A stretch of DNA of 64,000 nt from Escherichia phage F13: the sequence record OP745617; one strand, written 5' to 3'. The position numbers were made by a program, and so were the translations under genes. Each line of letters starts with the position of its first letter. Position 1 is the stretch's first letter. Below the pieces are notes generated by a model. That model was not told where the DNA came from and searched no databases. It saw only the letters and a list, made by a program, of their open reading frames with translations. Below are positions 17,937-27,863 of this stretch, piece by piece.

Positions 17937-18349
17937 TTGATAATCCCCTTGATGTCTGATTCTGCCATAAAGATTGGAGTGCCGCCGCCAGGAACAATCG
18001 AGCGCGTTACTTTGTCGAACATATCGTTTTCTTCAACTTGAATACGATAAAATTTATTCTTGGATGAAGATGGGCACAATTCCATAAATTTACCAATGCC
18101 GCGAACGCATTCATCTTCAAAGTATACTGTTTCACCTTGAATGGATTCGATGTTTTCAACCGGATACACCTTGCGACCTAAAAGCCATTCATCCATGGTC
18201 GCCTGCAACACGCTTCTCGCATCCAAAATCCAAGGGTCAACTGTGGCACCTTCATATCGCGCAGCAGTGGCTTTTGCCAGCTCTTCATATTCGCATACGT
18301 TTACTACTTCGCCTTGATGAAGGACGACAAATACAATTGTTGTGCTCAT
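17933..18349 (-). CDS. hypothetical protein (138 aa)
   Basis: ORF between terminase and portal on the opposite strand. Confidence 0.45.
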   Translation of the reverse strand: MSTTIVFVVLHQGEVVNVCEYEELAKATAARYEGATVDPWILDARSVLQATMDEWLLGRKVYPVENIESIQGETVYFEDECVRGIGKFMELCPSSSKNKFYRIQVEENDMFDKVTRSIVPGGGTPIFMAESDIKGIIK

Positions 18350-18511
18350 TTCAATCTCCTTTCGTTTGGTTAACTAAAATATAACTCAAAATGATACAAA
18401 AGCAAAATATTTTATGAACTATTTATGATTACTATACATATCATTTGCTTACAAACACATGAATATTTATAATATAGATTGATTCCCTTTCACTGTCAGG
18501 TGGCGTTAACA

Positions 18512-20887
18512 ATGAAAATTCTTGGCATAAAACTCTGGGAGAAGACGCGACCAGAAGCCGAACCAGCGGAGATGCCGCCAGGCGACCCATTGGCACCGTT
18601 TGAACGCCTTGAAAGGCGCGGCAGCGGTCAACGCTGGGAAAAGACTGAAAGCAATCGACCGACCTTTAAAACGGTTGATGACTTCCCTTTATATGAGCCT
18701 GATATTAACGGGGACGGTGTTGCAATCATCAAAGGTCGCTCAGTAGATTCAGCAACCGTATCCAAAAAAGTTATGGATAATGCCTTAAAGAACATCAGTT
18801 CAGAAGGGCAGGTGAATCCATACACAGTGCCTATTCAGTTGCAAAACTGGTACTTATCGCAATCATTTATCGGATATCAAGCTTGCGCCATCATCGCGCA
18901 GCACTGGCTAGTGAACAAGGCTTGTTCCATGGTAGGCCGCGATGCGGTCCGTAAAGGCTGGGAAGTCAAATCCAGTTCTGAGTCGGAATTGTCAGTACAG
19001 GCCAGCGAACGCTTAAAGCAAATTGATAAAGAATTTAACATCAAAGAGCACTTAGTTGAAGCCGAACGATTCAAGAATATTTTTGGCATCCGCGTCATCA
19101 TATTTGATGTGCGCAGTGATGACCCAGAATATTATAGCAAACCTTTTAACATCGATGGTGTGACAAAAGGGTCTTATAAGGGAATCATTCAGGTTGACCC
19201 TTATTGGATGATGCCATTCTTGACGTCTGAAAACACTGCAGACCCTGCGTCACAGCATTTCTATGATCCAGAATACTGGGTGATCAGCGGACAGCGTTAT
19301 CATCGCAGCCACCTAATCATCTTGCGCAACGATGAGCCAGCTGATATTCTCAAGCCGACTTATATCTACGGCGGCATTCCTCTGACTCAGCAGATTTATG
19401 AACGTATCTATGCCGCTGAACGTACCGCTAACGAAGCGCCATTGCTGGCGATGTCTAAGCGTACAACCACGCTTCGGACCGACGTTGACAAGGCGATTGC
19501 CAATGAGCGGTCGTTTGCCGAACGTCTGATGATGTGGATTAAGTACCGCGACAACTATGCAGTCAAAGTGCTTGGTCAGAAAGAAGAGATGGACCAGTTC
19601 GACATCAACTTGTCAGACTTCGACAGCATCATCATGAACCAGTACCAGCTGGTGGCCGCAATCGCAAAAGTTCCGTCGACAAAACTGTTAGGGACGTCAC
19701 CTAAAGGCTTTAACGCCACTGGTGAGTTCGAAATGGTCAGCTATCACGAAGAATTGGAGACTTGTCAACAGCACGATTTGACGAAGATTCTTGACCGCCA
19801 CTATAAAATCCTTTTGAAGTCTGAAGGCGTGGAAGTCGACGTTAAAGTGGCATGGGAGCCAGTTGGTTCACTTACTGCTACTCAGCTTGCAGAGATTAAC
19901 GACAAACGAGCGAATACTGGCAAGACTCTCATTGATGCTGGCGTAATCTCCCCTGATGAAGAGCGCGACCGCATCAAGGACGACAAAAACAGCGGCTACA
20001 ACCGTTTGCCGGAAGATGCAGCAGAAGAAACCCCAGGGATGTCTCCAGAGAATATGGCACTGCTTGGCAAGTCTGCTGGTGAAGTTCTGCAAGGCAAGGC
20101 CGATATTGAACAGGCCAAAGCTGATGTTGTCAAGATGGGCGGCCAGTTCTATAGCGAGACTGGTATTATGCCGGAAGGTGCCGCGCGTGGTGAGTTGGCG
20201 GAAAACCCTGACAGGGCACCAGTTGAGATTAACATGGATGATACCGATGACGAATCAAGCCATCACGTTGATGTCCTAACGCAACTGAAAGAAGGTCTGG
20301 AGGGTATTGCTGACTATTACCTTAAAGAAGGTCAGGACGTGGATTTTGACCCTCAAAAAGATGCAAGGTCGGTGCAACCGTCTACGCTTCCAAGCGTAAA
20401 AGGAAATGTCGTGAACTTGCGACACAATGTAGGGAAGATGGATGCTGCATCGCTGCCTAAGATGAAGTTGCACGGGATGATTCTTGGTATTGAGAATCCT
20501 CGCAACAGCATTCGCAGGGGTAACAGCCTTGATGGTGAATGGGCAGTTAAGATGCCGCACCATTACGGATTTATCAAAGGCACCAAGGGCGCTGATGGTG
20601 ATGAAGTCGACTGCTTTGTTGGACCAAACATGAAGTCGCCTAAAGTATTCATCATTAACCAAAATGATAATTATTCTGGCGAATTTGATGAACACAAGTG
20701 TATGCTTGGATTTGATTCAGCAGAAGAAGCGAAAGAAGCTTATCAGGCGTCATTTGGTAACGGTTGGAACGGATTTGACTCAATCCACGAATTGGATGTA
20801 AACTCATTCAAGGAGTGGTTGAAGGGTGATTGCTCTCAAGCATATGGAGCACTCAACAATCCTACTAATTCACCGAAGCAAGGTTGA
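18512..20887 (+). CDS. portal protein with C-terminal inorganic-pyrophosphatase-like domain
   Basis: 791 aa from ATG 18512; synteny terminase-portal-head morphogenesis; C-terminus YGFIKGTKGADGDEVDCFVGP matches the family I PPase signature and context. Confidence 0.65.
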   Translation: MKILGIKLWEKTRPEAEPAEMPPGDPLAPFERLERRGSGQRWEKTESNRPTFKTVDDFPLYEPDINGDGVAIIKGRSVDSATVSKKVMDNALKNISSEGQVNPYTVPIQLQNWYLSQSFIGYQACAIIAQHWLVNKACSMVGRDAVRKGWEVKSSSESELSVQASERLKQIDKEFNIKEHLVEAERFKNIFGIRVIIFDVRSDDPEYYSKPFNIDGVTKGSYKGIIQVDPYWMMPFLTSENTADPASQHFYDPEYWVISGQRYHRSHLIILRNDEPADILKPTYIYGGIPLTQQIYERIYAAERTANEAPLLAMSKRTTTLRTDVDKAIANERSFAERLMMWIKYRDNYAVKVLGQKEEMDQFDINLSDFDSIIMNQYQLVAAIAKVPSTKLLGTSPKGFNATGEFEMVSYHEELETCQQHDLTKILDRHYKILLKSEGVEVDVKVAWEPVGSLTATQLAEINDKRANTGKTLIDAGVISPDEERDRIKDDKNSGYNRLPEDAAEETPGMSPENMALLGKSAGEVLQGKADIEQAKADVVKMGGQFYSETGIMPEGAARGELAENPDRAPVEINMDDTDDESSHHVDVLTQLKEGLEGIADYYLKEGQDVDFDPQKDARSVQPSTLPSVKGNVVNLRHNVGKMDAASLPKMKLHGMILGIENPRNSIRRGNSLDGEWAVKMPHHYGFIKGTKGADGDEVDCFVGPNMKSPKVFIINQNDNYSGEFDEHKCMLGFDSAEEAKEAYQASFGNGWNGFDSIHELDVNSFKEWLKGDCSQAYGALNNPTNSPKQG

Positions 20888-20888
20888 T

Positions 20889-21740
20889 ATGGCTTTTAAA
20901 GCTTCGAAAAAACGTGAACGCCGCTCACCCGATAGAATCGGGCGCGGCAGTCCGATAATCCCATCCAACGCAATCGCGATGGCCTATCGTCGTGAGATGA
21001 AAGGTCTTTGCTATGCGATGATTGACGACTATCAAGAAGGAATTGCTGAGTGGCTTGAAAAGAAGCAGGTGAAAAAATTCTTTGCGCAAGACTCTGCTGA
21101 TTCAACTTTTCAAACCTTGATGAAGCGACTGCAACTGAAATGGGCAAAAGCTTTCGCCCGTGTCGGGTCAAAGATTGCCGCAGATTTCATCAAGTCAGTT
21201 GAAAAGGGTGCCACTTCTGCTACATTTGCAAGTCTTAAATCTGCAGGAATAGAAGCGCCAAAAGCCACATATAATAAATTCGTTGAGAACACTCTTAAAA
21301 CAAGCGAGACGTTCAACACGACTTTAGTGACTAAGGTTGGCGAGGATATTCACAACAGGGTGTACGAAGCGGTGATGCTTTCGCTGACTTCGCCAGACCC
21401 AGCGCAACAAGGCACGTCCGGTATTCAGGCGGCATTAAGGAATGTAAAACACTTCTCTGCAAAGCGCGTAGACCTTATTGCAAAAGACCAAACGAGCAAA
21501 CTTTATTGCGTATTAAGTGATGAAAGGATGCGACAGAATGGAGTCGAGGAATTTGAGTGGGCGCATTCAGGAGCAGGCAAAGAGCCGCGAATATCGCATG
21601 AGCATGTCGATGGAATGAGATTCAAGCTTGATGACAAACGCTTATGGGAAGTAGGTGGAGAACTTAAGTTCAAAAAGGGTGACATCGGTCCTCCTGGATG
21701 GGCGATACACTGCAAGTGCAGGAAAATACCAATTATCTGA
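20889..21740 (+). CDS. head morphogenesis protein (SPP1 gp7 / Mu F-like)
   Basis: Position after portal; C-terminal HEHVDG...WAIHCKCRK motif. Confidence 0.7.
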   Translation: MAFKASKKRERRSPDRIGRGSPIIPSNAIAMAYRREMKGLCYAMIDDYQEGIAEWLEKKQVKKFFAQDSADSTFQTLMKRLQLKWAKAFARVGSKIAADFIKSVEKGATSATFASLKSAGIEAPKATYNKFVENTLKTSETFNTTLVTKVGEDIHNRVYEAVMLSLTSPDPAQQGTSGIQAALRNVKHFSAKRVDLIAKDQTSKLYCVLSDERMRQNGVEEFEWAHSGAGKEPRISHEHVDGMRFKLDDKRLWEVGGELKFKKGDIGPPGWAIHCKCRKIPII

Positions 21741-21747
21741 GGTCATT

Positions 21748-22668
21748 ATGACGATACCAATCAACACATTCCCTCTATCTGGACAAACTCCAGTCTTGCC
21801 TGCGGTGTATGCTAATGGCTTGGCAATTGTCTCAGAATTCACTTCTGATAAAAACTTGATTGTTCCACTGAGCCCGCCGCTTTCATCAGGGTATAACTCA
21901 GTAGGCCAGTTCTTTATGATTGGCAATGATGGCGATTCGACCAGCAAGCCTAATCTGACATTGTCTGTACCTAAGATGAACATCACCGACGTTCAAACTG
22001 GCTTGACTGCATCAACAATCACCATTGCTTTTGGAGAAGCAGTGATTATAGGAATGGAGTCTGGAGGGTCCAAGAATGCTGTCGCCGTTAAGGTAGTCAA
22101 ATCCAGCGACAACCAATACACTTTACCAGCTGCGACGGCTTCCGTTCTCGGCGGCGTCAAAATAGGAAGCGGAATAAGCGTCGCAGGTGACGGTACAATT
22201 AGCGTAACTCAATACTCATTGCCGATTGCGTCAGCATCTACTTTAGGCGGCGTAAAGGTCGGTACAACTCTATCAATTGATGGTTCCGGTGTGCTTAACG
22301 CAGCAGCAAGCACCGTCCAGAATGCCACGAACAGTGTTAGCAATCCTCCAACCACTTTGGTTAATCTGGCAACCTTAAACCTTCCTGCAGGAAAGTGGCT
22401 TGTGACGGCAAGCCAATTGACCGTTGCAACTGCAGGCATTCAAGCGAATACCGGAATCACTGTAAAATTATCAACAAGCAATTCAGATATTACGGATGAT
22501 GCATTTACCATGTCAGCGGGTATTCGGGCTTCAGGACGTTTTGGCGGTAACGTCCCAACAAAAATGATTACTCTTGCCGCGCCTGGTAATGTGTATCTAA
22601 ACTATCAGTGCACCGATGCGTTAACATCTACCGTTTACGGACAGATCACCGCAATTAAGCTGAACTAA
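21748..22668 (+). CDS. structural protein with internal tandem repeats (fiber or decoration-like)
   Basis: Repeats TLPAATASVLGGVKIGSGISVAGDGTISV / SLPIASASTLGGVKVGTTLSIDGSGVLNA; start at internal ATG 21748. Confidence 0.5.
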   Translation: MTIPINTFPLSGQTPVLPAVYANGLAIVSEFTSDKNLIVPLSPPLSSGYNSVGQFFMIGNDGDSTSKPNLTLSVPKMNITDVQTGLTASTITIAFGEAVIIGMESGGSKNAVAVKVVKSSDNQYTLPAATASVLGGVKIGSGISVAGDGTISVTQYSLPIASASTLGGVKVGTTLSIDGSGVLNAAASTVQNATNSVSNPPTTLVNLATLNLPAGKWLVTASQLTVATAGIQANTGITVKLSTSNSDITDDAFTMSAGIRASGRFGGNVPTKMITLAAPGNVYLNYQCTDALTSTVYGQITAIKLN

Positions 22669-22678
22669 AGAGGAAGTT

Positions 22679-22816
22679 ATGCAAAAGATTATTCAGTCAC
22701 GTTATGTTAAAGTGCGAAATATTAATTGCAACTCTTTGCTTTCTTGGAAATGGGCTGTTTATGACTCGATGTTGATTGGCGTTTTAGTGGCAGGAGTGCT
22801 ATTTAATATTCACTGA
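22679..22816 (+). CDS. possible small hydrophobic protein (45 aa)
   Basis: Short ORF with GAGGAAG RBS and hydrophobic C-terminus; not in the supplied ORF track (below its length cutoff). Confidence 0.25.
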   Translation: MQKIIQSRYVKVRNINCNSLLSWKWAVYDSMLIGVLVAGVLFNIH

Positions 22817-22844
22817 ATTCATCGGCAAAGGATTGCCGCGAGTT

Positions 22845-23135
22845 TTATACGTATAATGACGTATCATCCGTATCAAGTAAGTTGTTGTTTTCAAAAGAAT
22901 CTTACGGATGATACGGATGATACGCGTTGCCGCCGTACTATATAGGAATTCAAATAAATTAATTTAAAATTATATATCTAATTTAATTTTATTTTTTTAT
23001 AAACTCTTATATATATGAAAAGTATCCGTATCATCCGTATCATCCGTAGCACACCAGTGATAGCGCGGCTTATACACCGATACGGATAAAAATACGCCTC
23101 ATTTTATCCGTATCATCCGTATCACACTAATAAAG
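22845..23135. repeat. iteron-like module (copy 2): GATACGGAT / ATCCGTATC 9-mer arrays flanking an AT-rich core
   Basis: ttacggatgatacggatgatacg (22901-22923), gtatccgtatcatccgtatcatccgta (23021-23047), tatccgtatcatccgtatc (23105-23123); shares the 21-mer aatcttacggatgatacggat with copy 1. Confidence 0.7.
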
Positions 23136-23239
23136 GCGCGGCTATATCGGTTGTTATACATATTCAAACCATAATTATTGTTTGCCTAAGTTTTTTTCAT
23201 TAGATATAATACACAATACTTATTTGAGGGTGGATGCGA

Positions 23240-24655
23240 ATGCAAACGGCACGCGAAATTGACAAAAATGGATTCTTGACGATTATGGGTTGTCCGATTT
23301 CGTCATTTGGCATTTTTGATTATTCTGCTGGTCAAGTTGGTCTTGATGGTGATCCGAATCGCATCGTAAAAGTCTATCGCCCTGAGTCAGCGGTGAAAGA
23401 CCCCGAAGCGATAGATTCATTCAAAAATATCCCTTTCATCGACAATCACGAAATGCTTTCTGGATTTGAAGGTGATGAGGATAACACAGCACCCGAAGAG
23501 TATGGCGTTGATGGCGTTCTGACTGGCAATGTTTATTATGACAAGCCATGGATGCGCGGCGACCTTAAAGTGTTTAGCCGTCGTCTGAAGAAGGCCATTG
23601 ATTCTGGAAAGGTTGACTTGTCTTTGGGCTATGACTGTGAATTCATCATACAGTCTGGAGAGTTTGACGGGCAGCCGTATGAAGTGGTGCAGACAACTCT
23701 TCGCGGCAACCACATTGCTCTCGTGGACGTTGGTCGAGTACCAGGTGCACGGGTGCTGGATGGTCGTTGCTTTGACCATCTTTGTTTGACGACTGTAACA
23801 CCATCCAACGAGGATTTAGACATGCCAAAACCGTTAAAAGGTAAAGCGCGTGATAATGCTGTTGAACAGCTGAAATCACTGATCCCTGCGCTCGAACAAT
23901 TTCTGAACGAAGAGAGTACTGAAGCTGCTCATCAGGACGAAGTTGAAGTGAAAGCAGAAGAGAAGGACTCAACCGAAAATCGTGAAGAAGTAATGGTTGA
24001 TCCAGAAGTCAAGGCAGAAGCAGAAGAAACCCCAGAAGGTGAAGAGAAGTTTGAAGTTGAAACTGAATCTCACGCTGGCGGCGAACTTCCGCAATTGATC
24101 AGCCAAATCGAAGCACTTATTGCAAAACTGAAAGGTGGCGCGGTAGGTGATGAAGAAGAAGTTGAAGCCGAAGTCAAAGACGAAGAAGAAGTTGAAGTCA
24201 AGGCTGAAGATGTATCACCTTGCGACAAAGCTGAAGATGTGGTTAGCGGCCTGCAAAACAGCAACGTAAAGGGGGCTTCGGTCGAAAAAGATGACAAACC
24301 GACAAAAGCGGCGAAAGCGTCGCCAGGTCCAGCAAAAGGGGAACACTCAATGGCATCTGATTCAGCAGTTGCTGCTTTCTACGCTGATTCTGCTCGTAAG
24401 AATAGCCTCTACCAGCGCCTGTCTAAAGTTGTTGGTGCCTTTGATCATGCAACTATGGACTCCAAGTCCGTAGCGAAATATGGCGCTAAAAAGTTAGGCT
24501 TGAAGTGCGTTGATGGTGCTGAGTTTGACGTGGTGGATAATTATCTGCGCGGCGTTGAGCACGGTCAGAAACAGCGTGTAGTCGCAAAACAAAAGGCCGC
24601 TGCGGATTCTGCAGCAACTGACGAAGCATTTGAAGCTTGGTTGAAAGGGGAATAA
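23240..24655 (+). CDS. scaffolding / prohead protease-like protein with acidic region
   Basis: Position between head morphogenesis and capsid; long Glu-rich stretch (EVEVKAEEKD...EEEVEAEVKDEEEVEVKAED). Confidence 0.5.
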   Translation: MQTAREIDKNGFLTIMGCPISSFGIFDYSAGQVGLDGDPNRIVKVYRPESAVKDPEAIDSFKNIPFIDNHEMLSGFEGDEDNTAPEEYGVDGVLTGNVYYDKPWMRGDLKVFSRRLKKAIDSGKVDLSLGYDCEFIIQSGEFDGQPYEVVQTTLRGNHIALVDVGRVPGARVLDGRCFDHLCLTTVTPSNEDLDMPKPLKGKARDNAVEQLKSLIPALEQFLNEESTEAAHQDEVEVKAEEKDSTENREEVMVDPEVKAEAEETPEGEEKFEVETESHAGGELPQLISQIEALIAKLKGGAVGDEEEVEAEVKDEEEVEVKAEDVSPCDKAEDVVSGLQNSNVKGASVEKDDKPTKAAKASPGPAKGEHSMASDSAVAAFYADSARKNSLYQRLSKVVGAFDHATMDSKSVAKYGAKKLGLKCVDGAEFDVVDNYLRGVEHGQKQRVVAKQKAAADSAATDEAFEAWLKGE

Positions 24656-24657
24656 AC

Positions 24658-25275
24658 ATGACTTTCCAAACTAGTGTAGGCCGTCAATATACAACTGGCT
24701 TTCCTGGCGACATCGTTCGCGACGGCCCACAGCGTGGGAAGCCAGGCCGAATCGTTAGCGCCAACGACGGTGCAAACGTAAACGCCATCAGCCGTGTGTT
24801 TGGTTTTAAGGCTGACGTGTCATTAATGGGTACTGGCCAGACCAAAACCTTGGGCGCGCAGGACTTTGAAGTTGAACTGGGCGGCACCAATTACTATGGC
24901 ATCCTTGGCAACAGCAAGCGTTACGCTCTGTATGGCAACTCTACTGGTCCTTTGGGTGCCAGCATGGTTCTGCCTCAATATAGCGAAGGCGAGTTCTACG
25001 ATATGTGCACGGGCCTCGTAGTTGAAGTGTTCAACCCAAGCACCAGTCCGCAGACGCTGAACTACGGCGACCTGCTCGCTTATGTACCTAAAGGCATTTC
25101 CAGCGGTAACAACCCGAACAACTTGCCTATCGGTGCAATTATCGCCTATACTGGCTCACTGCCAACTGGCATGGTTGCCATTCCAGGCGGTATCGTGATT
25201 GACCCGACTGCTATTGCCCTTTCCGGCCCAAGCGTCCAGTCTTCCACTTATACCATTGTACAATTGACTCGTTAA
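24658..25275 (+). CDS. head-associated structural protein (205 aa)
   Basis: ATG after AAAGGGG RBS; Gly/Ser-rich; immediately upstream of capsid. Confidence 0.45.
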   Translation: MTFQTSVGRQYTTGFPGDIVRDGPQRGKPGRIVSANDGANVNAISRVFGFKADVSLMGTGQTKTLGAQDFEVELGGTNYYGILGNSKRYALYGNSTGPLGASMVLPQYSEGEFYDMCTGLVVEVFNPSTSPQTLNYGDLLAYVPKGISSGNNPNNLPIGAIIAYTGSLPTGMVAIPGGIVIDPTAIALSGPSVQSSTYTIVQLTR

Positions 25276-25289
25276 TAGGCAGGTGAATA

Positions 25290-26429
25290 ATGACTCGCAT
25301 TAGCCAAACACACTCTCGCCTCCCAGCGAGCAAGGTGCGCCCTTTTGATATGCAATCTGTTACCGACGCGGCTGTTTCCCAGCTTGCTCGTATCGGTATT
25401 GTGTTTGATTCCGCGATTGTGCGTGATCAGATTGAGCACTTAAACCGTGCAGGCGCTTTCCGCGTAGGTGACGCCGCGTTCACTGCACCGCAGACTACTC
25501 CGTCAATCCCGACCCCGCTGCAGTTCCTGCAGCAGTGGCTGCCTGGCTTCGTCAAAATCATGACCGCTGCTCGTAAAATCGACGAGCTGGTTGGTATTGA
25601 TACCGTTGGTCAGTGGGAAGATGCAGAAATCGTTCAGGGTATCGTTGAACCAGCTGGCACCGCAGTTGAATATGGTGATTTCACCTCTATTCCTCTGGCA
25701 AGCTGGAACGTAAACTTTGAACGTCGTTCTATCGTTCGTGGCGAAATGGGCATGGCAGTTGGTATGCTGGAAGAAGGCCGCGCGTCTGCTATGCGTCTGA
25801 ACTCCGCAGAAACCAAGCGCCAGCAGGCTGCTGTATCTCTGGAAATCATGCGTAACGCAATCGGCTTCTATGGCTGGTACAACGGGAACAACCGCACATT
25901 CGGCTTCCTGAATGATCCAAACCTGCCAGCGGCGATGACTTCCAACACCACTTCCGGCTGGGCTACTGCGACTTTCCAACAGGTAACTGCAGACATCCGT
26001 TTGATGGTTCGTCAAATTCGTGTGAACTCTCAGGACCAGATTGATCCAGAGAAAGTTGACATGACTCTGGCGCTGCCGACTAACTCTATCGATTGGCTGT
26101 CCAACACCACTGACTTCGGTATTTCTGTACGTGACTGGATCACCCAGACCTATCCGAAGATGAAGATCAAATCTGCACCGGAACTCAACGGCGCACTTGG
26201 CAGTGACCCGACTTTCTTGAACGTGGCATACCTGTACGCTGATCACATCGATTCCTCAATCGATGGTTCAAGCGATGATGGTTCCGTATTCAGTCAGCTG
26301 GTTCAAACCAAGTTCATGACTCTGGGCGTTGAAAAGCGTGCTAAGAGCTACGTTGAAGACTACGCAAACGCAACAGCAGGCGTTCTGCTCAAGCGTCCGT
26401 TCGCAGTCGTCCGTATGACTGGCATTTAA
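25290..26429 (+). CDS. major capsid protein
   Basis: 379 aa; position after scaffold; codon usage typical of a highly expressed gene. Confidence 0.65.
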   Translation: MTRISQTHSRLPASKVRPFDMQSVTDAAVSQLARIGIVFDSAIVRDQIEHLNRAGAFRVGDAAFTAPQTTPSIPTPLQFLQQWLPGFVKIMTAARKIDELVGIDTVGQWEDAEIVQGIVEPAGTAVEYGDFTSIPLASWNVNFERRSIVRGEMGMAVGMLEEGRASAMRLNSAETKRQQAAVSLEIMRNAIGFYGWYNGNNRTFGFLNDPNLPAAMTSNTTSGWATATFQQVTADIRLMVRQIRVNSQDQIDPEKVDMTLALPTNSIDWLSNTTDFGISVRDWITQTYPKMKIKSAPELNGALGSDPTFLNVAYLYADHIDSSIDGSSDDGSVFSQLVQTKFMTLGVEKRAKSYVEDYANATAGVLLKRPFAVVRMTGI

Positions 26430-26454
26430 TTGCTGTGATTACACAGTAAAACAC

Positions 26455-26484
26455 ATGGGGCGTGGTCGAAAGGCTTCGCCCCAT
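26455..26484 (+). terminator. stem-loop downstream of the capsid gene
   Basis: ATGGGGCG-14 nt-CGCCCCAT with no T-tract; may be a stabilising hairpin rather than a terminator. Confidence 0.25.
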
Positions 26485-26544
26485 ATCAATAGACCTCAAG
26501 GGCTGTAGGGGCTTATCTGAGGCTTATATAAATAGGACTACAAA

Positions 26545-27009
26545 ATGTCAAAATACATCGTTTCAACTATGTCTATGTCAGTTAACTACACTTTCTATAC
26601 GGAAGTGAAAGAAAACCCGAATGCAAAAGCTGGTTCAGGCGCTCTTCCAAATATTCGCAAACAGATTCTAATCAAGGGCGGCGCTGGTCTTACTTCAGCA
26701 ACTTCCGGCTTTGGTGAAATGGCAAAAGGCGCTGACGGTGCACCTTTGTGGACTCCTGAAGGAATCGTCACCGTTGTAAGCGATGCAGATTTTGAGCATC
26801 TGAAAGATCATCACGTGTTTAAGCAGCATCTTGAAAAAGGTTTGGTGAAAGTCGTAAATCACGACATTGTTGGCAATCACAAAGCCGTCGCTAAAGAAGT
26901 TCGCAGCATGTCAGACGACCCGTTTGCGCCTATGACGCGCGAAACTGCTGACAAGCGCATCAAGGTAAAATTGAGCGGCGACCAAGAAGATGATTTGTTC
27001 CGCGTTTAA
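26545..27009 (+). CDS. structural protein (154 aa)
   Basis: ORF after capsid. Confidence 0.45.
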   Translation: MSKYIVSTMSMSVNYTFYTEVKENPNAKAGSGALPNIRKQILIKGGAGLTSATSGFGEMAKGADGAPLWTPEGIVTVVSDADFEHLKDHHVFKQHLEKGLVKVVNHDIVGNHKAVAKEVRSMSDDPFAPMTRETADKRIKVKLSGDQEDDLFRV

Positions 27010-27023
27010 ATAAGGTGAATGCC

Positions 27024-27479
27024 ATGTCATTAGATTACGAAAAGTTCAGAATTAAATTTCCACAGTTTGCTGATCAGGTTAAATTCCCTGACACAACACT
27101 TCAAGTATTCTATGACATGGCATGTGAATTTATTGAATCACAAGACAGTCCTTGTCGTGTTTTAAATGGCAGTAAATTGGAGCTGGCATTGGAATATATG
27201 ACGGCTCATCTTTTATGCATAGCCGCAGACCAACAAGTGTCTGTGTCTTCTGGTGACGGAGTTGAACAAGGCGGCTTCGTGACTGGCGCAACAATTGGTG
27301 ACATCACAGTGAACAAAGTCGCGCCGCCTGCGAGTGATGGCTGGGAATACTGGCTATCAAGCACTCCATATGGCATGGCGCTGTGGGCGCTTCTTCAAGC
27401 ACTGGCCGTTGGCGGCTTGTCATTCGGCGGTCTTCCAGAGCGTGAAGGATTCCGTAAAATTGGTGGGGTATTCTGGTGA
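27024..27479 (+). CDS. head-tail connector or head completion protein candidate
   Basis: ATG 27024 with AAGGTGA RBS; position in the connector region. Confidence 0.45.
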   Translation: MSLDYEKFRIKFPQFADQVKFPDTTLQVFYDMACEFIESQDSPCRVLNGSKLELALEYMTAHLLCIAADQQVSVSSGDGVEQGGFVTGATIGDITVNKVAPPASDGWEYWLSSTPYGMALWALLQALAVGGLSFGGLPEREGFRKIGGVFW

Positions 27480-27862
27480 GGATTCCTGGCGTAAACTTAT
27501 ATCGAGTTGCGACAAAGGTTATCGGTCGCCAACCGATTCAATATTACATGTACAAGGGGCGCACCCTTGATAAGATGCGCAACTATGTCACTACATATGA
27601 AGAACCAATCACCTTACTTGCTTCGGTGCAGGCTGTACTTCGAAACCAATACGTTGAGCTTGGTTTAGAGCTTCAAAAGAACTATGTCAAAATCTGGGTG
27701 GACAAAGACATTGTTGACCTTGACCGCGACGCTTCCGGCGACTATTTTGTGTTTGGTGGCAAAACATACAAGATGGAAGATGAAACGACATGGTTTGACC
27801 AAGATGGTTGGACGTCTTGCCTTGCCGTGGAAGTAAAACAAAGCTTTCCAGTGTCTACTTGA
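27476..27862 (+). CDS. neck / head-tail joining protein candidate (128 aa)
   Basis: ATGA overlap in the structural operon. Confidence 0.45.
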   Translation: MRIPGVNLYRVATKVIGRQPIQYYMYKGRTLDKMRNYVTTYEEPITLLASVQAVLRNQYVELGLELQKNYVKIWVDKDIVDLDRDASGDYFVFGGKTYKMEDETTWFDQDGWTSCLAVEVKQSFPVST

Positions 27863-27863
27863 G

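Noticed and set aside
25503-26246. 247-aa minus-strand ORF inside the major capsid gene
   Set aside because: Antisense shadow of a highly expressed gene; Arg/Ser/Cys-rich translation.
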